From positions 9,548,001-9,612,000 of the forward strand of contig CM022674.1 of NCBI GenBank assembly GCA_012295275.1: a stretch of DNA of 64,000 nt, given 5' to 3'. This document shows, in pieces, positions 14,001 through 26,390 of this stretch. The notes beneath the pieces were generated by a model, which saw only the letters and a program-made list of their open reading frames with translations, was not told the DNA's origin and ran no database searches. Made by a program: the position numbers and the translations under genes. The stretch's first letter is position 1. Each line of letters begins with the position of its first letter. The stretch is from Chrysomallon squamiferum. Its lineage: Eukaryota; Animalia; Mollusca.

Positions 14001-15512
14001 TGTTATTAGCTAAATTCTGTTTGAAAAAATTAAATTAATTATTTAGAATTGTTGAAAATATATATAGATTATTATTATTATTATTTTTTTTTCTTTTTAT
14101 AAATACAGTTCCCTCACACCTACAAACATGTGTAGAAGTATATTTTCACATGCCCATCTGAATTTTATTTACAGACCTGATATACAGTAAAGAATTTCAC
14201 TGCACTTACAACAATGATATGAGTTGTTGAATTTTTATCGTCTGCTAGCACTTGTGTCAGGATAATGATGTTGTTATGCAGATGGGCAAGCTTGACCAAG
14301 GTATCCTCGAAAACAAAGTGCTCACTGCTCCACGTATTATCTGCAATTGGCCACCCACCAATTTCTTTAAGCAAGGGGCGAACAACTGCTATTCCGCGTT
14401 CGGCAATCAGAGCTGAAACACAATTAGTTACTGTACAATTAACTGTAGCTTTGGAAGTAGTAGCATACAGTCATTTTAGTTGTTGGTTTTTTTACTTTTG
14501 TGGTGTTTGTTTTTAAGCTCGATATAAATTTTAAAAAAAAACAGGGTTTTTTTTTTTGTTAAAATATATGTGTTTCATATCATTATTGAGACAGATTAGT
14601 TAATTCTTTTTTTATTAGACAAGTAGATTTTACTTATAAATTAAAGATTTTTCTTTTTTAGATATTTAATGGCTCACTTTCATTTATACAGGACTGATAC
14701 ATATATTTCAACTTTTTGATTGCGTCGATGTCTTTCGAGGATATTTCCTTATCCAGAAGTACTGAAAAAAAGACGAAGAACAAGCTAAGTTAGGAGAAAT
14801 GCTTTATTAATAAATATCTTATTTATATCACCTTCTATAGTCCGGAATATTCGTTCATACTACAGAGTCAACACAGAAATGTATCGTGTAATTATAAAAT
14901 AATTAACCTTAATTTTATTTCAGTTTAAGCTGTATTTTGTACCTTTTAATTTCAGTTGCACATCATCTCTAAGAGCACCAAATCTGTTGAGTTCGGATTT
15001 GTCTTCAGGGATTGTGTGTGTTCTCATCCAGCCTCCACACGAATACTGGTAAAAGTCCTCACAAGGATCAACACTTTGATCTATAGCGAGAAGTAAGCTG
15101 GCGGCTAAAGAAGTAAGATAAATATTTAATTGTCTGAATGAGTTACAACAAGTGACATCACGGTAATTTAAAACTTTATTTATATTTACGGAGGGGCTTT
15201 ACTAGTTGCATGGTTAAAAAACCCAAAACAAAAGAAAAGTCCACACGTGTGTACTCTCTCTTCATTCATATATAAGGACTGAAAGAAAAAAAGACTGCCA
15301 ACCATCCCTAATGTTAATGGAAACATGATTGTTTCCTTTTCTTATGAAATTGCCGTGAACGGAAGAAAGTCAGAAGGGCTGCTCTTTTGAATACTTTCGC
15401 TGCAAAAAATATATTTTTGATGATGCAGTTTCTCTTGATATCTTGAGCGCAAACACAGAACAATATGCCGAAAATGGCATTCTTTGAGGTCGCTAGGTGT
15501 CATACTAGCCCT

Positions 15513-15584
<72 letters not shown>

Positions 15585-17177
15585 CAAATTATAAACATTT
15601 ACATATTTTTTCGAAACCTTTATACTTAAAGCATAAACTGCTCCTGTTTAAGTATTTTGCATTTTGTTAGCAGTTATATTAAAATAATTATTTTTACATG
15701 GTTTTTTTTTGTTTGTTTTCTTAAGAATTTTTGTTTGAAAATTAAACACACGTATGGATAATTTTTGAGATGAATGACTTATTATATAAATATATTAGAG
15801 ATATACATTTGGTGTTGAGAGATATCTTTCTTACCTTCTTTAACGCAGGAATCAGTAGTACACACGCCATCTGAAATATTGATTTACATACAGATAAACT
15901 TTTCTTAAAATCAACTTTCTAACATCTGTTCTATCGAAAACAAGTAGCAACGCGACAGTCGTAACTAGCGAAAGTGCCGCACTCTGCGCTTTAAAAGACA
16001 TATTTATATCAAAGGGATGTTAAATAAGAGATTGTGGATATTTTAAAATTCTTACCCTTGTTTTTCTGATTTTTTTGCTGCTTTACAGACGCCGATTCCT
16101 TTTCACCTGATAATAAGGAAATTATCTAGCATGCACTGAGATCATTATACTGTGAGAAAAACGTGACTTTTTATCGAAGGAAACCAAAACCAGAAAAATA
16201 AATCATGTTCATTAAATTTGTTAAACTGTTTTTGAGCCATAGATGAATATATCTGTATCTGAATGTGCACGCATGTGTGATTGTGTGATTTTTGTATTTA
16301 AAAATGTATATTTTATACTAACCTGTTAACTATACCATAACTTATGAATTTAATGTATAATAATAATAAGCGAAAGAATAGAAATGTTTTAATTCTTTAT
16401 TTTATTTTTATTTTTTATTTCATTGGCTTTTTAAAACATACAATTTTTTTTTTTTCTTTTCTTTTTTTTCTTTTTAATAAAACCTTACTATTGTTATTAT
16501 TATTTATTTATTTATTTATTTATTTTTATGGGATTCACAGAAAAAAAACAAAAAAAACCCTCTATATATCTTAAAAAATGGCTTTAACGAGATTTCATAG
16601 AATAGCTTGTTTAACTTTAGATCGTACCAGAGCGTTCCCAGCTGCTATCCATTTTAACAGCGAGCACTATAATGAGCGACAGAGCAATCACTGCCAACAG
16701 CACATTAAAAACACACATGACCTTTTCGCGACTCGTCCAGCCTTTTTTCTGCTTCCCAGAGGCTTGTCGTATCGCAGTTCTGAAATATTAAACAAAAACC
16801 AGTGTTGTTTCTCACAGGCAATTTCTTGAAACATCTTGTAATATTTGTGGTTTCCATTTATTGCGAATATTTTGAAAATTTTTGAAAGATTAGTCAGAAA
16901 ACAAAAATATACAACAATCTGCCATTATTAATATGATATCTAATTATAATTCATATCGAACGACAACTCATATTAAAAGAAAATTTTAATACCAGTAAAA
17001 AAAAAAAAAATTCGAATTTAAATTATTAAAATATTGTTTTGCAGTCCATTCAAGCAGAACATTTACGTAAATAATTGTCAAATACCCAGTCATTGCTTGT
17101 CCGTTGAATCCTTCTTCTGGATCGGTTACTTTGTATCCTGTCTTATCCATCTTTTTCTTTTTATATATCCCAAACAT
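3727..17177 (-). CDS. Neprilysin-like (peptidase family M13) type II membrane zinc metallo-endopeptidase; 23 coding exons; 777 aa from ATG 17177 or 768 aa from the better-context ATG at 17150
   Basis: Exons in transcript order, all GT-AG and phase-compatible: 17177-17086, 16779-16628, 16106-16056, 15870-15835, 15104-14943, 14761-14678, 14412-14210, 13494-13312, 13011-12925, 12386-12250, 11916-11823, 8099-7971, 7676-7578, 6871-6794, 6258-6155, 6067-6009, 5856-5805, 5692-5625, 5239-5115, 4857-4792, 4492-4397, 4249-4173, 3826-3727 (2334 nt). Motifs: N-terminal TM ([22 protein letters not shown]), [47 protein letters not shown] (HExxH), [21 protein letters not shown] and C-terminal [16 protein letters not shown]. 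Confidence 0.96.
3950..4122. repeat. (TCTA/TCCA/TCTG)n compound microsatellite
   Basis: Direct reading. Confidence 0.9.
6455..6735. repeat. Degenerate tandem array, about 43-bp period, with conserved core TTTTATTAAATCACTAA
   Basis: Core copies start at 6455, 6500, 6546, 6585, 6629, 6671 and 6715 (spacing 39-46 nt), with diverged sequence between them. Confidence 0.85.
7182..7280 (+). mobile_element. hAT-type non-autonomous element terminal fragment
   Basis: Starts CAGTGGCGTAGCTAG, a typical hAT TIR start, followed by GC-rich gcccggg/gggcccc subterminal sequence in otherwise AT-rich intron. Other end not found. Confidence 0.5.
8526..8690 (+). pseudogene. Truncated transposon-type ORF (MAESVVDG...[20 protein letters not shown])
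   Basis: The ATG sits inside a YY1-type AAAATGGCGG motif, with CACGCCCC upstream. The 'K..HYF..GYIHDI' segment resembles the N-terminus of SWIM/YqaJ-exonuclease accessory proteins of invertebrate DNA transposons (recalled, not searched). Confidence 0.4.
8915..9128 (+). mobile_element. 5'-truncated molluscan SINE (core plus 3' tail)
   Basis: Runs ccattgggccatttc..ttccagcagtgcacca.gactgg, tgtctgtgggatg, tgctaatc, agtagcccatgaagtggc, ggtttcctctctca, gtggtccttaaccatatgtc and aaataaaatgtgttgag..aaataaaacatttc match a gastropod SINE consensus recalled from memory. Ends in a simple-repeat tail. Confidence 0.75.
10070..10735 (-). pseudogene. Decayed Mutator-like (MULE) transposase fragment in a neprilysin intron
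   Basis: Minus-strand translation across frameshifts and stops gives NKQRRTY..., [30 protein letters not shown]..., [31 protein letters not shown] and DDRIRSLK. This matches the animal MULE C-terminal pattern (ALP..P, Y...TWI, RTNNxxEGWH, HPNI). Confidence 0.8.
15514..15580. repeat. (CT)n microsatellite
   Basis: Direct reading. Confidence 0.95.
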
Positions 17178-18036
17178 TCATATCTCATAAAGTGTCACCT
17201 GCAAAATTTTAATACATATTAAATAGATATTATTACTCATTCAAAACACAAATTCTAAATATAGCAAAAAAGACTAGAATTTTTTTATAAATAAAATCTG
17301 ATTTAAGTGAATTAGTTAAAAGTTTTATAGGCTCGGAAGTATTGTTTTTTCAATTCAATGTCTGAAAAAGGTTAAGAAACAATATATAAAAAACAAAAGA
17401 AAAAACATTGTTTTAAATTTGATAAGACAGTTGAATTGACATTTTATGATGTACTCGTCTACACTGTCTCTAAAATGAACCGATTGATTCGTGGAGAATA
17501 AAATATAAAAAATGTTTTGACCGTGTTGCCTCATACATATACATAAAGCAACACGTTCAAACATATTTTTTGCACTCCTATCCATACACACACACACACA
17601 CACACACACATACACACACACATACACACAGACATACAGACATATACATATATAAACATACTCAGAATATTACAAAAAAATATGAAATTACAAAATTTAA
17701 ATTATCATAGATAACACAGTTATAGATTTCATCTACAGGATTTCTAATTGTCTGTATTTATTAGAAAATATTTAACATATTTAGAACAACTACTGAAAAA
17801 TGATGAAAAAGTACTATTGTTCTACTTATATATTTCCAACAGACATATGTTATATCAGTAACAACTACATTAGCGTTAAATAACTTCAGAACCTGTTATT
17901 TTCTTTCCTCGTTTTGAAAGTGTTTTTTCAATGTATTTAACTAAATAATGAATGTTTATCTTAGGCAGGAATCAGTCCTCTTTCTTATCCTTCGCTTGTC
18001 TGACTTTGAGTTTATGCAATGGAGACCACATATATT

Positions 18037-18155
<119 letters not shown>

Positions 18156-18773
18156 TGATATTCATTTGTATTTGTTCTGTTGCATAGTATTATATTTATG
18201 TTAATTATGTAACCCAAATTAATTTAATTCTTTATTCTTTGTTTGACTGATCTAGAGTTTGCTTTGTCTCTGTTCCATAAATGTTATATTTGGATGACAC
18301 AGTTTTATTGACTGGAGGCACATCTTCCTCTATGACTCAGATACATTCCTTTAAGTCTGAGGATTGAATTGAAACCACCAAAGTTGTTTCCACGCTGAGA
18401 CCCATTACATCTTAATGGAGGTTTTGTATTTAATTAATGGCAGAGATGACTTTCACAAGTAAATGCGAAGACATTCCGCCAGTTCATGTTGAGATAAATG
18501 AAGGAAAATCGTTTAGACACAGATACGTTAGCCTCTGGGGAAATGTTAACAAGTTTCTAGTTCATTACGGTTTTTTCATTACCTCTGATGTATAAATTCT
18601 GTTTTCTTATAATTCTCTTTCGTAAACAACAGTGCACATCACTATACAACAACTAAAACACAATATTTGAAATTAAATCGATATAGACATATGAAATGGG
18701 ATAAAACAAACTGATAACACAAAGTCTTGTTTTAACTAAATAAAGTCAGTTAATGAAAACAGTTTGTACTTAC

Positions 18774-18860
18774 CGGCTTCTTTCATGTCAATGGACGCCA
18801 TGATGAGTTTGTAATATCGTGTTGGAGGAAATTGGTCATTTGATGAGACCTACATTCATC
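18774..18860 (-). other. Candidate upstream (5'UTR/uORF) exon of the neprilysin gene
   Basis: Consensus donor CCG|GTAAGT at 18774/18773. The first coding exon has an acceptor at 17200-17199, so an upstream exon is required. 5' boundary unknown. Confidence 0.45.
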
Positions 18861-19119
18861 ACATTTCAGTTTAACTAATCAGTTTGTGATTATTTATATG
18901 AAAGGTCACATGGGAAAAAAAAGGAAAATAATCCCACATTATAGTCCTGTTTCGAGTTGTGTTTCTCATATAGAGATATACTGTCCTCGTCGTGATATTT
19001 ATTACTGTTATTAGTGTTGTTGTTGCTGTTGTTATTGTTTGTGTTGTGTTATTGTTATATACAGCTTTTTCAACCTAATTCAGCAAATAATTTAAAAATT
19101 AGTTACTTAATAATTTATA

Positions 19120-19890
19120 AAAATTCATACGTGCCACATGGTATGCCAAATATTGCAAGTGCATAACGTTTCGGACTGCCGTATGTCACGTGATGAAACG
19201 TCGCACGATAAAAAAAGGCGAATTATTCAGCTCAGCATGGAAACACGTAGTATTTCTCTAGGGTATTCTTATGAGTGCACATCTTCGAAAGACCAGTGAA
19301 TAAAATTATGTCTAATAATGCTACTTTAATCACAAAATGACCGTCAGAAAACGGTTGGTATACTTGATGCTGGGCTTTGTGTCAGTGACGTTGCCTGACG
19401 TTTTGGTATAATCAGAATCACCATTCAGAGACTGAATAGTTGTCCCATCAACTGCACAGAACCGGTATATCCAAACCACTCCTCTGTGTGAGCAGCCATC
19501 ATTTGCCCAATTCTTCTGCATAGCATACTCACACCTGTTCTTATCATGCCCCATTGTTAATTCTGTGTGCAATGGATAAGGAATCAATGGAAAATATACT
19601 CTTTATAGATGAATAGCTAATTGGCGCATCAGAGAGTATCGCAGAATGGGCGACAGCACCAGGATATTGGTGTTTAAAAAAACTGTATATATATATATAC
19701 ATACATTTAGAGAGACAGGCCGGCAGACAGACAATAAATAGGTAATTCAAAGCGCCTGTATTTGTGTTCCAGCATACTGTTTTGATTTCATTTTACTGAC
19801 TTGAACAATTGATTTATTCTCTAATTGAATAAAAACTGCATGAATGGAATACTTGTGTTCATTGTGCACCAATGTTATCTCGTTTTGTGA
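19120..19890 (+). mobile_element. Decayed Tc1/mariner element with transposase pseudogene (about 19318-19655)
   Basis: From ATG 19318: ML L*SQNDRQKTVGILDAGLCVSDVA*RFGIIRITIQRL (Tc1 N-terminal HTH). Then frameshifted STAQNRYIQTT (cf. TxxQDRYI), PVL, and QW..ILFIDE (cf. W..VLFSDE, first catalytic Asp). Element ends are approximate. Confidence 0.8.
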
Positions 19891-21239
19891 AAAAAAAAAA
19901 AAAAACATCGTTCATACACTACATTTGACGTTCAAGGCGTTAACTCTACGAGTTTTCTTCATATAAATAACCTCGACCAACAAAAGTTCAATTCTTTAGG
20001 TTCAATTGTACCATAAAAGTTTTTGCCACAAGAAAGTGGTAGAAATCCTTGATGGAATTATATAAAGTCTGTTGACTGTTTCTGAATGATAAATATTCAT
20101 CTTATAAATAAGAGTTGAACTAAGTTTAAAGCACAACCACCCTTACGACTCGAGAGAGACGTCACCAGATAGTCTTTTCTGTCGGACAATGCGTTAATTC
20201 GTGAAACTGATTCACTCTCGAGTCACAAAGTAACAGATCAAGGCGATTTTCCGCAATTTATAATGTCGAGAATTCTATTTGAAAGTTCGTATTTCTGAGC
20301 AAAGTTATCATACGATGTCGATTTAACTGTATACAATTACGAATTAATCATTATCCATCCAGTATTCTTAATATACTCTCACTGTAAATATGTTTGAGTC
20401 CCGCTCTTAGGAGGAGTATATAAGAAGTTGTTTTATTATTATTTAGCCTTTACCGACTAATAGAATATGCAGAATATCTAATATTTATGTTAATAAAAAA
20501 GTCCATCAGTATTTTGTTCTGTATTTGGTTTTGGCGTAAAACATTTCCTAAAAATAGTGAAAATTAGTTTCTCTTACTAAAACTAACACTATAGAAGTAA
20601 TAACATTTTTTTTAAAATCAAACTCTGTAAATGTAATCAACACAAAAACTGAATAACGAAGAACTTTGAAACTTTCTGTTTCGTTCTCTTCGATTAACTG
20701 ATATTGTAATCTGTGTTACAAGGTCATGTCCACCTATTTGGATAAACAGAGCTTGGTGCACTCATTAGTAAATTAAAATGATCATGAAAGGAGGCAGCAA
20801 TGATAAAGGAAAGATGCGTTTCTTGTAGCCAGTAAGCAGGTCCTTTATCTAAATTTTACTACTGATGGGGCAAATTGTTTAAGTCACACCTGAAACTGAA
20901 ACAAAGCTGAGACCAAAGTGCCAGTTTTTGACAAATTTGAATCTTGTTTCACGTGTTTATGGATTAGCCATATATAAACACAAAACATACATACACACCC
21001 ACATACACGTATACAGGTTTCAAAGCCATGCTGACATATTACTTTTAATAGCTGAACTATATATATATATATATATATACAGGTACCGGACCAATTATGC
21101 CTAATTATTTACGTATTTAGATCCCTTAGTACCAGAAAACCGGAAAATCTAGAAATTCGGAATGCCTACAAGGGCTACAAAAATGTACTTCTACTTAAAA
21201 TACATCTTAATTCGTTACCATATTTCAGATATAATACTT

Positions 21240-21278
<39 letters not shown>

Positions 21279-21331
21279 TTATATTTAATTCTAGCATATT
21301 TCACATATTTATCAATTTACCATGATATTCA

Positions 21332-21388
<57 letters not shown>

Positions 21389-22564
21389 ATGAGCTGATAG
21401 TGATGACAATGATAATGTTATTTGCCATTGTATGATTACGGTTATTACATTTTTGTCCCCTTTTAAAAATATCAGGGCTGTATAATAATAATATTAAATA
21501 TTTATTTTTTAATGAAATGTACGGTTATATTAAAAGTGGGAAGTATCTATACAACTTGCAAATTTATTTATTATAATGTTATTAACAAAACTGATCGCAT
21601 GAATAAATAAATAAATGAGACCTTAACATGATGGAAGGTATTTCAAAATGTACTTATCTTTAGTTATATCCATTATTTCATCTTTTTTTAAATTTTATTA
21701 TATTTTATCATATTTTTTTTTAGTTTATTTCATTTTACTTGATTTTTTAAATTTTATTTTATTTTAAGGTAATAATAAACGTACAATTCAAAAATAAAAT
21801 CTTGCTATTCGCGATCTATTTTTAAGAATATTTGTTTTCTCGTTTGTCAGGAGGCACTTAGAAAAACACGAAAACTATTCGTGGTATAAATAATGTTACC
21901 AATTTAAGCATAAATGCAGTCATTTTTGTTTTGTTTACGATATTACAGAAATAATCGAAACCGATTCAGTATCTGACTTGAGAAGAGATAGTATTGATTA
22001 TTGGAATCATTGAAAATCTTTACACTGGAACGTTTTAATGTTAGTACGATCTGTGGTTGAAATTGCCTGTCAAAGAATTAATAGGCGCCCACTGGACGGT
22101 CATTTTAATGTTCACTGACAACGGATTTTCAGCCTCATTTTCTTCATGTCATGGAAGCCAAGTATATTCGTCGAGATAATTTTTAATGGCTTCTTAATTA
22201 TTGCAGAGCTACTGAGGGTTTTTATTAATCTAACTGAGAGAGCAGCGTTAAACTGGTTAACTGCGTACATGAATTGCACATTGCTGCATCAGAAAAATTA
22301 TCAGCACTTTAAAGTCACTCCATTTGCAGCATCTAAGGAGTATGACTAGCTAAAGCAGTTAATTTGAAAACTGCGCTGGGTTCGGATGAAATAACGGTGA
22401 TTTATTGCTTCGACGAGCCATTACTCTCCCGCTCGTTAAAAACAAAATAGTCTCCACATAATAATCTTTGAAATTTTCTTTAAAATCATTTTAAAATAGC
22501 CTACATGTCATTATCTTAATATATTCATGAGATTTTATTATAACACTAAAAAACCCATTTGTAT

Positions 22565-22568
<4 letters not shown>

Positions 22569-22660
<92 letters not shown>
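22569..22660. repeat. (CT)n microsatellite
   Basis: Direct reading. Confidence 0.95.
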
Positions 22661-22663
<3 letters not shown>

Positions 22664-22895
22664 ACACACTCACAAACACTTTACTTTGTTATTATATTCC
22701 TAAATCTAAAATACAGATTGCAACTATTATTTTCATTGCATTTATTTTTCTGTATAATTACATACGTGCTACAAACTGTATTAAACATATCTGACACTCA
22801 TTTTAAATTGTAAAGAAAGAAAAATATGGGAAAAAAGGCCATGAAAAGAACATTTACATATTTGATAAGTGTATCTATGTGTATGTGTATACAAA

Positions 22896-22953
<58 letters not shown>

Positions 22954-25520
22954 TACTTCAAAACATAAGATACAAGCAAACAAACAAATAAATAAATAAA
23001 ACTTTGTTTTTTCGTTTTGTTTGTTTTTTGTGGGGTTTTTTGTTTGTTTTTTTAATTTGTAAAGATAAATTTTACACTAATTTTTTCGCTGAGAAAAGAA
23101 CAAAAATATTAATTCTCATTTTGTCGAATATGTGTAGCTAACGTGTTGTTACACCGGAAATAAATACAAAAGAAATTTTACAATTTTTCAAGTTTAACGA
23201 TATTTATGAACGTTTTAGCTGTGAATACGTACGTGTGTCTGAATGTGCGCATCTGTATGTATTATTCGTATCATGTACACGTAACATGTTATATGTATAC
23301 TAAGCATGAACTAAAATATTTTGACTATGAAAATAACGAAGTGATAGAAATTTAATAATAAATAAAAATGTTTTACTTACATTTTCGTGAAGCATTTAGT
23401 ATCTTGCAAGCAGTTCTCATCAGTGGTATAAAAGCTCAGTGTTCATCTCGAAGAGATTCACGTCTTATAGTCTGTTTCATATCTTCTCGTTTTGTACTGT
23501 CCACCTCAAGCCAGAGAGAAAACATGACACAAAATTCTAATAGTTAAATAATAAAAAAGTCATCTGAGCACGAATCAGCATTTATTTATTTATATATTAT
23601 TTTTCGACGTTCTAACTGTTGCATGATTAAATGGAAATCTTAAGACATGGAAGTATTCATATGAGCGGACTGAAGATCGAAAATATATTTCAAAGATGAA
23701 CAAATAAAAATATTTGTTAACTTTATATAGTTCATAATTAATAGTTTTCATTTGTTTGTGTCGATTATTTCGCATCAACAGCCATCTGCTTTTAGTGCCG
23801 TTAAACATTCATTTGCTGTTTGATCATCATCCTTTTTGTTATTACTATTAGTAGTAGTGGCAGCAGCAGTAGTAGTAATCGTAATACAGTCACTGGTAGT
23901 AGTTGGCATAATAGTAACAGCCGTTGTAATAGTAATAGTTAGTAGTTCGTAATAGCATAGTAGTAGAGAGAAAATATTAGAAATGCTCATTGCTGTGTAT
24001 GTGATTACACATTATGCAAGATCGAAGCACAAATAATTTATACTATTTCAGTCCCATATTATGTTTTTTATTTAATTTTATTACCATTTTTTTAAGATTA
24101 GAATTTGATGTGGTTATATCATTTCTATTATTATTAGCATAAACACTTTTGTCCTTGTTTCATGGTGTTTTATTATTAATATAATTATTATTTTGTTGTT
24201 GTAGTTGTTTCTGCTGCCTTTAAATAGTAAGTGCTGCACGGTTTTATTTGGAAATGCAATAATGGCTTCGTTTTCTCTTTCTCATTTATTTACACCTCAC
24301 AACACACTGTTGTCTTAAAATATTATTTCTGGCACTGTTATAGTCAGTTTCAGTAAATAAAACTTGGTTTTTAATCTATCGTTTGGTCCTAGCGTTGACA
24401 TTCATTAGATCGATAGAATTAGCTACGAGTGCGCCAATTTGATGTTCAAACACCACAGCCTGGAGTCCACTGTCTGGTGTCAATAGTTTTGCACAACTTC
24501 TCGAGAGAGAATTAATTAAATGCCAAACACATCATTATCATTTAGACAGCATTCCATGCTTTCGTAGTAAATACTTTCGTATTCGTCTGCACACTTTAGG
24601 GTGTACAAAAAAAAAAAAAAAAAAAAAAAGTATTAACCACTAAAGCGAAGTAAAGATGAAAAACCAGAAAAAAAATTGTTTAGCTAAACGAATTGTTGTA
24701 TAAGAAAAACATTAATAATAAATATTTACTATTAAACTTGGAGTAAAAAATTGTCAGACTTCTTTTTTTTTTTTTTTTTTTTAAAAAAAAATGAATATTG
24801 TCTGAATCATTCACACAGAATGATTTTCTTTATCAGCGCCAAATTATATCATAAAACTAATTTCGTTTTATCTCAGAATGAAGTGACAGTAGTAGCAACA
24901 TTAACTATACAAACAAAAGAGAGCAACAACAAAATTAAATTAATAATAAAATATATCAGTAGTAAGTAGTAAATAAATAAATAAATAAAATATAACAAAG
25001 TACATAAATAAGTAACTAAATAAATAAATAAATAAAACTAAAACAAAAATAAAAACAAAAATAAAAAACCAAACAATACTGTTAATAATATTAAGTTTTA
25101 TAATGAAATAAATAAAGAAACAAAAAATTGTTCCATAAAATAAAACTTTCTATAAACTGAATCGCGATAACATTGAGTCCTGTTTAAAATTTTATAATTA
25201 AATGAAATATATATTTATTTTTGTATAGAACTTTTTTTTTTTTTTTTTCAGTACTAATGATAGTTTCCTAAAACAAGTGCGGATTTTATTCTGCTTCATT
25301 GTGTGGAATTACTTTAGCAGAATATTCCCTGCAATGTCACACGACTTACAAGTGATATCGAAGATTTAAGACAGACGAGTTACCTTTCCTGTTGACACAA
25401 GAGCTACTTTTATTAGTACTTTGTAACATGTCTATAATTTTCACACACATACGCACACACACAAATACATACATACACTTAAACACACACACACACACAA
25501 AATATATTTATATGTGTATA

Positions 25521-26075
25521 CAATGGGATACCCTATATCGAACGGTTTTACCTATGAATCTGAGAACCCCAAAAAGAACGAAGGTCCCCATAGCGAACCC
25601 AGAAGAATATTTCCGAGGAGTCAGGGCAGGACAAGGAGCAAAGCCATGTCGTTCCAGCCCGGGAACTGAAAGATGTTTTCTGGTGTTGGAATAAACTTTC
25701 CAAAATTGTTAACGGATATCATCCTGATGTTGGTGCTGTAGAAACGGCCATAATATTCTTAATGAGTAGACTGTAGGACAGTCACCAGAGAGTGCTAGGA
25801 AGGATGAGTCCCCTTCTTCCATCTCTTCTCAGTAATTATCTCCTCCTGCCTCGTCTGCCTCCTCCCCTGCAAGTTCAGTAACAGTAAGGTAAGATAAAGT
25901 ATTAAACATATTCCTCATTTCAGGAATTTATATGTATATTTATAAATCTATTTTACTATATTTTACTATATTTGTCATTTTTAGAGGGTATATTTGGGGG
26001 CTTGGAAGAGATTACCCTTGTAATATTATTTCAGTGGATCGTATAACGATCGAGGCTCTGGAACAAATTAGATTT
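25521..26075 (+). mobile_element. Internally deleted Tigger/pogo element retaining a transposase C-terminal remnant
   Basis: TA followed by a degenerate CA.TGG..ACC terminus; remnant peptide WNKLSKIVNGYHPDVGAVETAI; C/T-rich tail. The 3' part ttgggggcttggaagagatta...tctggaacaaatta is similar to ttgggggctcgaacggatta...acggaacgaatta in the 36640-36931 MITE. Right end is approximate. Confidence 0.7.
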
Positions 26076-26359
26076 ATTATGTAATAACAATTAGTATGAA
26101 AATATATATATATATAACAATAATATATATATATATATTATTGTTGTTATTATTATTATAATTATTTTTCAACAATTATAATAATAATAAAACTTACTGA
26201 GCCAGTGTGTTTTTTATTTCTCAAATACTCGCACATATAGACATAAGCCCTATACATAAACACATGGGCACATGCACGCATTCATATAGATCCAGACACT
26301 TATAGATACACATTCAAAAATTAATATAAAATGAATAAACACAAGGATACATACATACA

Positions 26360-26390
<31 letters not shown>

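Noticed and set aside
19330-19587. 85-aa minus-strand ORF
   Set aside because: Antisense shadow of the decayed plus-strand Tc1 transposase.
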